Source: a virus (Duplodnaviria > Caudoviricetes). Taken from it: a DNA stretch of 64,000 nt. Positions 48,638 through 58,303 of the stretch are shown in pieces. Positions within the stretch are counted from its first letter, which is position 1, and each line of letters begins with the position of its first letter. Location of the stretch: IMG/VR virus record IMGVR_UViG_3300032327_000792. One strand, given 5' to 3'. The notes under the pieces are model-generated. The model was given only the letters and a program-made list of their open reading frames with translations. It had not been told where the DNA came from and did not search any database. The position numbers and the translations under genes are program-made.

Positions 48638-48655
48638 ATTACATTTGTGTTACAT
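48638..48655 (-). promoter_or_regulatory. Pho-box-like direct repeat upstream of the plcP-like gene
   Basis: ATGTAAC-ACAA-ATGTAAT, 11-bp period, about 30 bp upstream of the ATG. Confidence 0.5.
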
Positions 48656-48684
48656 TAGAAGGCTTTGATTATCACAAATAACAT

Positions 48685-49095
48685 TTATTTGATAGGAATA
48701 CGCAATCGTGCCGCAATACATCCAGCAACCATGTCTCCGACTTGTGGGATAATCATTGTGCATACCCAGCCATAACACACTTCGGGCAATGCCACAGGTA
48801 TCACATTCTGTACAGCATAGCCAGTAACTGCGCCAGCGTTGATACCTATGTCCCAGCGATTATTTTTATACAAAGAATATCTAGCATAGGCATACGTGCT
48901 GTAACGATACTCACTGTTTTTATAAGCGCCTGCTGCTGCTGTCCAATTACCACCAATTGTTTGCTCGTAACCAGCGCCCCAGTTTTGTTCGTTGTATCCA
49001 GATTTATTGTGTTTGCTTACACCATTGAAATGTACGTAAGATTCTGCACTAGCAGTTGATGTGATGAATAGTAATAAGAAAAGTAGGCGTTTCAT
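48685..49095 (-). CDS. PagP-like outer-membrane beta-barrel protein
   Basis: Signal peptide; SKH, NEQNWGAGY, YKNS, GAVTGY, IPVALP. Confidence 0.5.
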   Translation of the reverse strand: MKRLLFLLLFITSTASAESYVHFNGVSKHNKSGYNEQNWGAGYEQTIGGNWTAAAGAYKNSEYRYSTYAYARYSLYKNNRWDIGINAGAVTGYAVQNVIPVALPEVCYGWVCTMIIPQVGDMVAGCIAARLRIPIK

Positions 49096-49106
49096 ACACC
49101 TACTTA

Positions 49107-49439
49107 TTATCCTTCTCCGGATCCTGCTGTTTTCTTGTCTTCGTCGTTGACTTTTTTCATAGTTTGTTTGTTGATTTCAGCCTCAGCTTCCACACGCTCA
49201 TATTCAATGGTTTTACCACGTAGGTGTAACACTGTGTTGACTTTCTGATTTAGTCTGATCAAATCGTTGTCCAACATGCGAATACGATCAATAAGTGCAA
49301 TCAGTACAGTGTTGGCTTCTGATATAACCGGCTTGACTTCTTTGGTCGACCATTCCCATACATATTTTATTATATACCCAAGACCGACTGCCATAACAAT
49401 CGGGAATCCATATTTTTGTATTAGTGCTACTACGTCCAT
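49107..49439 (-). CDS. YvrJ/holin-like small membrane protein
   Basis: LIQKYGFPIV TM then coiled coil (LIDRIRMLDNDLIRL). Confidence 0.55.
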   Translation of the reverse strand: MDVVALIQKYGFPIVMAVGLGYIIKYVWEWSTKEVKPVISEANTVLIALIDRIRMLDNDLIRLNQKVNTVLHLRGKTIEYERVEAEAEINKQTMKKVNDEDKKTAGSGEG

Positions 49440-49650
49440 TTTATCTCCTTAATTCCAATATACTTTTTATTGTTTTATTACAAAAGTCTTTTATCTGCTC
49501 TTCGAGTTTGATTATCAACCACACACAATACACACTCGCTGCCAATGTCAGAATGGAAATAAAATAAATTGCTAGGAGTATGTAGTTATTCAAAATGCAA
49601 CGTCCAATAAAACACCAATAGCAGGCAAACTGTCATACCACTGTTGCCAT

Positions 49651-49839
49651 CTACTCATTGCCAATTCCATTACGCAAAAACTTTTCTAACGGGTCTACTT
49701 TAACTAACATAGTACGACCATTGACATTAATAACTTTAAAATAGTCGCCGCTGCGCCAACCCAACTTGTCTGTATTAAGTTCGGCATCTAATACAATTCT
49801 GTTAGGTTCTAAATCCCACTCGTAGTCGTAATATTTCAT
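49651..49839 (-). CDS. Small hypothetical protein
   Basis: 62 aa in operon. Confidence 0.55.
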   Translation of the reverse strand: MKYYDYEWDLEPNRIVLDAELNTDKLGWRSGDYFKVINVNGRTMLVKVDPLEKFLRNGIGNE

Positions 49840-50120
49840 TAGTCACGTCTCGCATCATTCTTGCCGTCGGCACGACTGATACGGTCAACATCAGGACGTA
49901 GACCCAGTGCGTTTGATACCACCGTATCAATACGAATAACATCGTGATTCATTGTTTTGACACGATTGTCCAAAGCAGTAATAATGCCAGCCATGCCTTT
50001 GATAGACGACAATACACCCGCAAGTAAAAGTTTGATAGTCAAGTACACAAAGTATCCGCCTGCCAGCGCCACTGCAACAGGAAATCCTAGATCCCCTATT
50101 AGTTTGAATATTTCGCCCAT
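49839..50120 (-). CDS. YvrJ/holin-like small membrane protein, paralogue of 49107..49439
   Basis: LIGDLGFPVAV...LDNRVKTMNHDVIRI. Confidence 0.55.
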   Translation of the reverse strand: MGEIFKLIGDLGFPVAVALAGGYFVYLTIKLLLAGVLSSIKGMAGIITALDNRVKTMNHDVIRIDTVVSNALGLRPDVDRISRADGKNDARRD

Positions 50121-50178
50121 TTTAGCTCCTGTTAATTATGTAGGTATTTATTCGTTTGTAAATATCCAAGGTCAATGC

Positions 50179-51276
50179 TTACTTTTGTACAATAGTAATC
50201 ACTGTTGATCCGCCACGATTGATTTGCTGAGTTACTGGTGCGCTATCTTGCGAAATATTGAGAGTAACATCGGCTTCCTTGTTGATTGTGACCTGTGCAG
50301 TGTGCATAGTTTGTCTGCGTAAAATCAGTTTTAATTCGTCTTCATTGAAACCGTAGGTCAATCCAGATGCCGCATTGTATCCTGGTAACATGGTTTTTTC
50401 AGTCAATAGATTTTCTTGACTTTGTGCCAACTGTCGATTAGAAAGATCCAGCATATTCATCAACATATCTCCGTCGAGGTAGTTAAGGTCTAGATCGCGG
50501 AATGCTGCTAACGGATCTTCATCCAATGCGTTGTATTTCAAGAAGTCTTGATCCAAAAAGTTTATCAATGGATTGTCTCTGGACAGTGCATTAACAGCTT
50601 CTTCTATTTGCGGAGGTGGTTGAACAATCAGCATGTTGTTGATGTTGGCTTGATCCAACACAATGGTCACAGGAATGCTAGGCATGGCTGACAGACTGGC
50701 AACCATGGTGGCTTGATATGCTTGGTCCAGGGTCACTTCGCCTGCGTCATTTGACACAGTAATGGCACCCGTGACACATCCGCGGTTATCGCAACTGGGC
50801 AACAGAATCACAAGACTGCGGCCTAGTTCGTCCACGGTCATTGAAAAGTCTGTGCCACGTACAGCCACAGTGGCAGTGGGAGTTTTCACATCAACATTCT
50901 GTGGGTTGGTCTTGGCAATCTGTCCTGAGGCATACCGAGCTGTGCCTAACACAACTTTCATGGCAATCTTGCCTGATCCTTTTTTGGGATCATACACAAA
51001 GTCATCAATTATCAGTTTTGATTGTTCTGTGATATTGACTGTGGTGTTGTCTTCGAATGTGAGTTTGGCTTTGGCTCGGGCAGTGACAATGGTGTCATTC
51101 ATTTCCACAGGAGAATTCACTGAGGATGGCAGTGATTTTTTAGCACGTACAATTTCTGTTGGACCAGTTTGCTCTGTAATTTTACCTACAGAAGCCAAAC
51201 TAGTCTGACTGAACAATGCTGACAGTATTGCTGTTGCCAGTAGTATTGACTGTGACAGTTTTTGCGGTAAGACCAC
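50179..51276 (-). CDS. FecR-domain periplasmic protein
   Basis: D.I.T...AKLTFEDNTTV.ITEQS, VKTPTATVAVRGTDF, V.VSNDAGEV.L. Confidence 0.88.
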   Translation of the reverse strand: MVLPQKLSQSILLATAILSALFSQTSLASVGKITEQTGPTEIVRAKKSLPSSVNSPVEMNDTIVTARAKAKLTFEDNTTVNITEQSKLIIDDFVYDPKKGSGKIAMKVVLGTARYASGQIAKTNPQNVDVKTPTATVAVRGTDFSMTVDELGRSLVILLPSCDNRGCVTGAITVSNDAGEVTLDQAYQATMVASLSAMPSIPVTIVLDQANINNMLIVQPPPQIEEAVNALSRDNPLINFLDQDFLKYNALDEDPLAAFRDLDLNYLDGDMLMNMLDLSNRQLAQSQENLLTEKTMLPGYNAASGLTYGFNEDELKLILRRQTMHTAQVTINKEADVTLNISQDSAPVTQQINRGGSTVITIVQK

Positions 51277-51844
51277 TCTGTGTTACTCCAATTGTGTTTA
51301 GATCACCTGTGGCAGTGATAATGGTTGTGCTTGCGCCGCTGTTGGTGCTGGTATGGGTCACTGTGTTGGTGTCTCCGCTAATGTTGACAAAACTTGAGTG
51401 GTTAGCACCTGTGCCCAAGTTCTGTGTGATCACGTTGTTGTCACCGGCAACTTGCTGGTTAATTACACTACCACTACAGCCAGCACTTTGCGTGGTTCCA
51501 CAATTGATCACACTTTGGTTGCCTGAACCAGTAATACTCACTGTTGAACTAGTTGATGCACCATTCAACACCATGGCCAACTTATTGTTGCTGCCAATTT
51601 GTTCAATGATTACTGAGTTAGAACCGCCACCAACAAAAGCATCAAGTCCTGCGCCCGGCTCTCCGACTCGGTTGCCTGTGCCATCTTGTGTGATGGTTAT
51701 GGAGGAATTGTCACCAACTTGTTCAATGTAAATTTCGTTGGCAGAAACACCGCTAGACAACATCACTGTTGCCAGCAGTATGGCGGATATATGTTTGACC
51801 AATTCACCAACATTTGTTAATCTTGTTTTCATTTTATTCAACAA
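51200..51844 (-). CDS. Curlin-like repeat secreted protein
   Basis: Signal peptide; IYIEQVGDNS, ITQDGTGN, IEQIGSNN, QVAGDNN, VTQSG (Q-x-G-x-x-N repeats). Confidence 0.7.
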   Translation of the reverse strand: MLNKMKTRLTNVGELVKHISAILLATVMLSSGVSANEIYIEQVGDNSSITITQDGTGNRVGEPGAGLDAFVGGGSNSVIIEQIGSNNKLAMVLNGASTSSTVSITGSGNQSVINCGTTQSAGCSGSVINQQVAGDNNVITQNLGTGANHSSFVNISGDTNTVTHTSTNSGASTTIITATGDLNTIGVTQSGLTAKTVTVNTTGNSNTVSIVQSD

Positions 51845-51926
51845 ATCGAGTTGGCAAACATATTAGTCTGTACCCCGATCCTCTCCCTGGTCTTTGAGAC
51901 CTTTTTATCATTATATTTACAGGATA

Positions 51927-52991
51927 TCATGGTTTCATTAACCTGTCGCTTTTGACCCAGCCTCGACGACCAACTGAGTCTTGCACTGCCATCCACGAGT
52001 CCGGTCCTGGAGTCACTGTTAACTCTGTGTTTTCTTTCAACATCCATGTACGTTGACTACGTTCGTTGGGTTCTTTGTAGATGTAAGACGCTTCACGAAG
52101 TTTCATAGTTGACACTGACTCTTTGACCACTGCGGGTGGTTTGATTTCTGCCACTGGTTCTACAACCACCGACGTTGCTGTTGTGGTTGCAGGTACAGCA
52201 GATACAACATTGTTGGCTAGTTGTTTGTACTTCCACAGGCCTTTCTTTTCGCCTTCCACAATCATTTCGTAAACGGCCTGTTCAATGGCCACACGTACAG
52301 CATAGGTAGTAGGCTCATTGAGTGCTGCGCCTGATTCAAGTTCCAGACTTCTAGTTCCTTGATCCACAAATCTCAACACACTGACATTGTGCTGAGTACT
52401 GTAGATAGTTTTTGACACTGCCACATTCAACAACACTTCGCCGGAAGATATTGAAATTAGTCTAAGACTGATTACAATTTCATCCACACGATATTGTTGA
52501 CTTCCACCGATACCCAAAAATCTAGCACCATTACCACCTGATCGAATGTTGCTGTCATATCCAATAATGCCGCCTTCCAAGATCAAGCCGGCTACTGTGA
52601 GTGGCTTCAAAGGTTTGGCTTCTTTGCCCTCATAGACTTCACGCTGATTTCTTATGAGTTGACGCTCTTTGATCAAGTTGTCCAGACCCACACGTTCAAC
52701 AACTCGAAACCATTTTTTTGAGTCTTGTAAACTCTTGATCAAAAACACTTCGGATCCTTGTGTGACTGCACTGGAGAACAGAGCTAGATTTGTACTGGAT
52801 TTTTTTTGTCCTGTTAGATCTTTGAATCCATACACTGCCACTGTCATGGGAGCACCATCCAATTCTGGCAGTTTGGTCAACAAGTTCTCTCGAGGGTTCA
52901 ACGCAATAGGATCTTCCTTAGCTAGATCCATGTGAATCTGAGCACACCCCGACAGTGTGATTGCAACAAAAAAGATTAGCAAGTAGCGCAT
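51927..52991 (-). CDS. csgG: CsgG curli secretion channel with C-terminal SH3-like extension
   Basis: Lipobox LSGC; VYGFKDLTGQ.K, SSAVTQG, WFRVVERVGLDNLIKERQLIR, LEGGIIGYD. Confidence 0.9.
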   Translation of the reverse strand: MRYLLIFFVAITLSGCAQIHMDLAKEDPIALNPRENLLTKLPELDGAPMTVAVYGFKDLTGQKKSSTNLALFSSAVTQGSEVFLIKSLQDSKKWFRVVERVGLDNLIKERQLIRNQREVYEGKEAKPLKPLTVAGLILEGGIIGYDSNIRSGGNGARFLGIGGSQQYRVDEIVISLRLISISSGEVLLNVAVSKTIYSTQHNVSVLRFVDQGTRSLELESGAALNEPTTYAVRVAIEQAVYEMIVEGEKKGLWKYKQLANNVVSAVPATTTATSVVVEPVAEIKPPAVVKESVSTMKLREASYIYKEPNERSQRTWMLKENTELTVTPGPDSWMAVQDSVGRRGWVKSDRLMKP

Positions 52992-53434
52992 TAGAATGCA
53001 AAACTCCCTATGGGTACAGTAACCGTGGTAACTCCACCAGCGGCTTCTCTAATAGTCAGCGTAACGTCTGTGCCAGTTTTGATCCAAGAGATGTTGGTGC
53101 CTTGGAACGCCATTTCTCCTGAATTGGCGCCGTCACTGAACATAGCATCTGCCAGTTGCTTTGAGAGTTGAGCATAAATTCTAGACTCTACGTTGACTAA
53201 AAATTTAGCCAGATTGGTATTTTTAGCATCTCGTGCCACCTGATCCGCAGCTGATTTTTCTGCATCTTTGATGGTCTTGCGTCGGTTGGCTTCTAATTGC
53301 TCAATGGTCAACACATGGGTTGAATACCCATTGCCCGGTATAAATGCTGGAGACTGGAAAGAGTGGACCAGCTCTGTGGCCCATGCCGTTGCTGAAAAAA
53401 CAGCGACTATTGTTATTGTTATTATTTTTTTCAT
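52991..53434 (-). CDS. csgF: CsgF-like curli assembly protein
   Basis: ATELVHSFQSPAF..GNG; F...ESRIYAQLS.QL; adjacent to csgG. Confidence 0.8.
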   Translation of the reverse strand: MKKIITITIVAVFSATAWATELVHSFQSPAFIPGNGYSTHVLTIEQLEANRRKTIKDAEKSAADQVARDAKNTNLAKFLVNVESRIYAQLSKQLADAMFSDGANSGEMAFQGTNISWIKTGTDVTLTIREAAGGVTTVTVPIGSFAF

Positions 53435-53493
53435 TCTAGATCCTATTAGTATTTAATAGAATCTAGAGCAAACAATAAACGGCTAGTTTATTG

Positions 53494-53736
53494 TTAGCTG
53501 GGCATTGGCAAACTGGCTAGGACCTTGATCAGTTGATCTGCAAACAGCTTTTGTTCGTGGAATTGTGCTTCGTCTACTATGACTTGTGTTCTAACTAGAT
53601 CTTCAAGTAAGGCCGCTTGTTCATCTGGGGCTATTTGCCCTTGAGCGAATGCTTGATTGATTTCTTGTGCTCTTGTTGCGAGATCAACAATGCCGGCATA
53701 GCCCGGCAACATACCGTACAATGTTTCGTAGCTCAT
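53494..53736 (-). CDS. Small hypothetical protein
   Basis: 80 aa, 4-bp overlap with the upstream gene. Confidence 0.55.
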   Translation of the reverse strand: MSYETLYGMLPGYAGIVDLATRAQEINQAFAQGQIAPDEQAALLEDLVRTQVIVDEAQFHEQKLFADQLIKVLASLPMPS

Positions 53737-54134
53737 CTTGGTCTCCTAGCGTTCGTACGCTGAATAATTTCTATTTGTGTGGCAATATTTTTTAATCGCA
53801 ATTCACAGAACACCTTGCTAGGCGCACGGTCAGAATCTCGATATCGCTTGGCAAAGTCAGCAGTGGTATTTTTCAATTCAACAGCCATCTTTTCTGCTGA
53901 TTCATTGTTGGGTATGTATTGAGTATAGAACAGCAACCATGTTGCATCACTGTCTATGTTTTCAGCACTGTATCTTGCCAACTTTGGGTGGTCACAATGT
54001 TGTTCAGTTTGTGCCACATATACAGTGTGTCGAACATCGACCATACGACTGTGTTCGATTGGGTCAAACTTGACAGCACAAGCTGTCAATGCAATGCTAC
54101 TGACTACGAGCAGTTTTTTCAATAATGCCATCAA
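53733..54134 (-). CDS. Putative lipoprotein
   Basis: Lipobox LTAC. Confidence 0.6.
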   Translation of the reverse strand: MMALLKKLLVVSSIALTACAVKFDPIEHSRMVDVRHTVYVAQTEQHCDHPKLARYSAENIDSDATWLLFYTQYIPNNESAEKMAVELKNTTADFAKRYRDSDRAPSKVFCELRLKNIATQIEIIQRTNARRPR

Positions 54135-54495
54135 ACGATTCTCCTGGATCTTGTTGTGTATACTTAGTTATTCTTTCATTTAGACTGGTATAATAGCTAT
54201 CCATGTCGGCGCCCCAATAGCCAAGTAAGTGCTCAAGAGCTTGAGTACAAAAATTCCAATCACGTTTGCGATAATTGATCAACAGATTTTCGTGTAGATT
54301 TTTCATACTTTCGGCTTTGGGCATGTTTAGAATAGGGATAGACTCTACCAAACAATAAGCAGTGACTACCTGATTTGTTGGTAAAATTCGAACTGTATCC
54401 AATTCCAATATGGTGTATTTTTCTTCTACGTTGTGCAAATTCTCTTTGCCAAATATTATGTTCATCTTAATTCCTTTTAAATATGTATCATGCAA
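54097..54495 (-). CDS. Stand-alone homologue of the cyclase C-terminal helical domain
   Basis: Aligns by eye with the last ~100 aa of 43542..45596 (LELD, H..L..YR, MD.YY, D). Confidence 0.6.
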   Translation of the reverse strand: MHDTYLKGIKMNIIFGKENLHNVEEKYTILELDTVRILPTNQVVTAYCLVESIPILNMPKAESMKNLHENLLINYRKRDWNFCTQALEHLLGYWGADMDSYYTSLNERITKYTQQDPGESFDGIIEKTARSQ

Positions 54496-55278
54496 TTTAA
54501 TTTTGATTTAATTTCTGATCTACACATAGAAACTTGGGACAGCTTTGATTGGTCAGGTCAACCTACCAGTCCTTACTGCGTTGTTGCCGGTGATGTTTGT
54601 AGAGATCGCGACGTATTGCGAGATACCTTGCGCCATTTGGGCACTTGTTATCAAGGTGTGTTTTACATCGACGGCAATGATGAACATCGCAACGACCTTG
54701 ATAATCTTGGAGAAAGTTACCAATATCTTGATCAAACTCTGGACAACATCAAAAACGTAGTATACCTTCAGGACAATGTGGTCATCATCAACGGTGTTGC
54801 TATACTGGCCACCAACGGCTGGTGGAGCTACGACATGGATCCTGAAATTGACTATGAACAAAGTCAGTTTTGGTATCAGGACCGCATGCAAACGTTGCCC
54901 GGAACCACGGACTCTATCACCGGTATTGCGTTCAATGACGCCACATACATGCTCAACAGTGTGAAAAAATTACAAACCCACCAAGATGTTCGTAGCATTG
55001 TAATTGTTACTCATACTGTTCCGGCACCTTGGATTTTGAGTCATGATATTGACCTAGTTGACACCTGGCGGTTTAATTGCATGGGTAATCCACACCTACA
55101 GTTATTGCTCAACGAAGACACCGAAAACAAAATTCATACCTGGTGTTTTGGTCACTATCACAAATCAGTAGACCGTGTACACAACGGTATACGCTATGTC
55201 AACAACTGCCGAGGACGAGGTGATACCAAATGGTCTCAGCCGGCATATTACCCTCGACGTATCACTGTTGAGATTTAA
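54490..55278 (+). CDS. Calcineurin-like metallophosphoesterase
   Basis: SDLH, VAGD, GNDEH, THTVP, FGHYH. Confidence 0.85.
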   Translation: MQFNFDLISDLHIETWDSFDWSGQPTSPYCVVAGDVCRDRDVLRDTLRHLGTCYQGVFYIDGNDEHRNDLDNLGESYQYLDQTLDNIKNVVYLQDNVVIINGVAILATNGWWSYDMDPEIDYEQSQFWYQDRMQTLPGTTDSITGIAFNDATYMLNSVKKLQTHQDVRSIVIVTHTVPAPWILSHDIDLVDTWRFNCMGNPHLQLLLNEDTENKIHTWCFGHYHKSVDRVHNGIRYVNNCRGRGDTKWSQPAYYPRRITVEI

Positions 55279-55583
55279 ACAGTGTCCGGTTCTAGTTTGA
55301 TTTGTAACGGATAGTCTTGACTGCGTGCAGCCACAGTAACTTCAATGCCTTTTTGTTCTGCTACTTCATAAGGCAACACAGCAACCACAGCTGATCCAGC
55401 ATGATGAATATCTTCTGTAATCTTTAGAGCTGTTTGTGCGGTGTAATTAAAAAAATCAATCAAGGTTTCAATAACAAATTCCATTGACGTTTGATTGTCA
55501 TTGATATAGATGACCTTGAACATTGGAGGTTCTTTAAGTGCGGTATTGTTTTTTGTTTTTGTTACTGCATCTGGTTGTGACAT
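55275..55583 (-). CDS. clpS: Clp protease adaptor ClpS
   Basis: PPMFKVIYINDNQTSMEFVI, IHHAGSAVV...EVAEQK, YPLQ. Confidence 0.92.
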   Translation of the reverse strand: MSQPDAVTKTKNNTALKEPPMFKVIYINDNQTSMEFVIETLIDFFNYTAQTALKITEDIHHAGSAVVAVLPYEVAEQKGIEVTVAARSQDYPLQIKLEPDTV

Positions 55584-55642
55584 CCTTGGTCCTTTGTTGG
55601 GTGTGGAGAGCCGATGCCCTCCACAGTATTTACTATATTATA

Positions 55643-56080
55643 TCAGTTTTCGTATGAGATTGCAATAGTCTTTGGCTTGGCTGATTCCGGCACAATGCGT
55701 TCCAACTTCACAGTTAGAATACCGTCACGAGCAATAGCTGTTCTAACTTCAACATAATCTCCCAGGCTAAATGTTCGAATAAACTTACGAGCACTGATAC
55801 CGTGATGTCTGACTACATGTCCTTCGGGCAACACATCAGTTTTTGCTCCAGTGATAATAAGTTCTCCATCTTTGACTGTGATTTCAAGATCTCCTTGACT
55901 GAAACCGGCCACTGCTACCTGTACTTCATAGGTATTCTCGCCAGTTTCCACAATGTTGTATGGTGGGTAATTTGTTGATGCAGCATGATCGATCTGATTC
56001 ACAATACGATCAAACAGTCTATCTACGCCAATGGCGTTGCGATAGAATGGGGTTAGATCAAAAGCAGTAATTTTAGTCAT
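55643..56080 (-). CDS. Small heat shock protein (Hsp20/IbpA-like)
   Basis: GVDRLF, YPPYNI, AVAGF, HGISARKF.R.F.L, GIL.V.L. Confidence 0.95.
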   Translation of the reverse strand: MTKITAFDLTPFYRNAIGVDRLFDRIVNQIDHAASTNYPPYNIVETGENTYEVQVAVAGFSQGDLEITVKDGELIITGAKTDVLPEGHVVRHHGISARKFIRTFSLGDYVEVRTAIARDGILTVKLERIVPESAKPKTIAISYEN

Positions 56081-56152
56081 TTGTTTTCTCCTTTGTTAAG
56101 CAAGTTGACTATACAGTGTGGACCCGACCATCGGCATCCACACATGTATTTA
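56081..56152 (-). promoter_or_regulatory. Late promoter plus ROSE-like RNA thermometer
   Basis: TAAATA, hairpin 56116-56143, CTTGCT-TAACAA-AGGAG anti-SD stem. Confidence 0.65.
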
Positions 56153-56175
56153 TTTAGACAAGTCTATGATGTCAA

Positions 56176-57807
<1,632 letters not shown>

Positions 57808-58104
57808 TTATTCTCCTTTGTTTACAACTGCCATCACATCATCTTCACGCATGATAAGATATTCTTGATCGTCAATCTTGACTTTTTGTCCTGCTGTTTT
57901 GCTAAACAACACCCGGTCGCCTGTTTGGATAACCATGGGCACAATCTTGCCGTCCACGTCAATTTTGCCTGTGCCTGCGGCCAATACATCGCCTTGGCTG
58001 GGTTTTTCTGCGGCTGCATCAGGAATAAAGATTCCAGACTTGGTCACAGTTTCTGATTCTAGTACTTGGACCACTAATCGGTCACGAATTGGTTTTAACT
58101 TCAT
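57808..58104 (-). CDS. groES: Co-chaperonin GroES
   Basis: [12 protein letters not shown]...TKSGIFIP...[12 protein letters not shown]; start at MKLKP after GGAG. Confidence 0.96.
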   Translation of the reverse strand: MKLKPIRDRLVVQVLESETVTKSGIFIPDAAAEKPSQGDVLAAGTGKIDVDGKIVPMVIQTGDRVLFSKTAGQKVKIDDQEYLIMREDDVMAVVNKGE

Positions 58105-58142
58105 TTTTTCTCCTTGGATAATTAGAATCTGCGTCAACAGAT

Positions 58143-58172
58143 AGTATAGCACACATCATGGATGTGTGTCAA
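58143..58172 (-). promoter_or_regulatory. Sigma70-type groESL promoter with palindromic (CIRCE-like) spacer
   Basis: TTGACA-N18-TATACT; CACACATC-ATG-GATGTGTG. Confidence 0.65.
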
Positions 58173-58188
58173 CGATTATTTTTAGGAT

Positions 58189-58224
58189 TTAAGATGGCCA
58201 GGATGGCCAGAGTGATTTGGTCAT
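58189..58224 (-). other. 11-codon micro-ORF MTKSLWPSWPS
   Basis: AAGGAG RBS, late promoter and ROSE-like leader upstream. Confidence 0.4.
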
Positions 58225-58289
58225 GTTATTCTCCTTTGTTAAGCAAGTTTAATCGTTGTAGCCCATTAGGCACTACAACATTATTTATA
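58225..58289 (-). promoter_or_regulatory. Late promoter plus ROSE-like leader
   Basis: TATAAATA, hairpin 58255-58279, 21 nt identical to the hsp20 leader. Confidence 0.6.
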
Positions 58290-58303
58290 ACACAGATCTG
58301 AGA

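Noticed and set aside
55595-55625. clpS leader hairpin as a fourth ROSE element
   Set aside because: A hairpin and TAAATA are present, but there is no U(U/C)GCU anti-SD motif; more likely a terminator or stabiliser.
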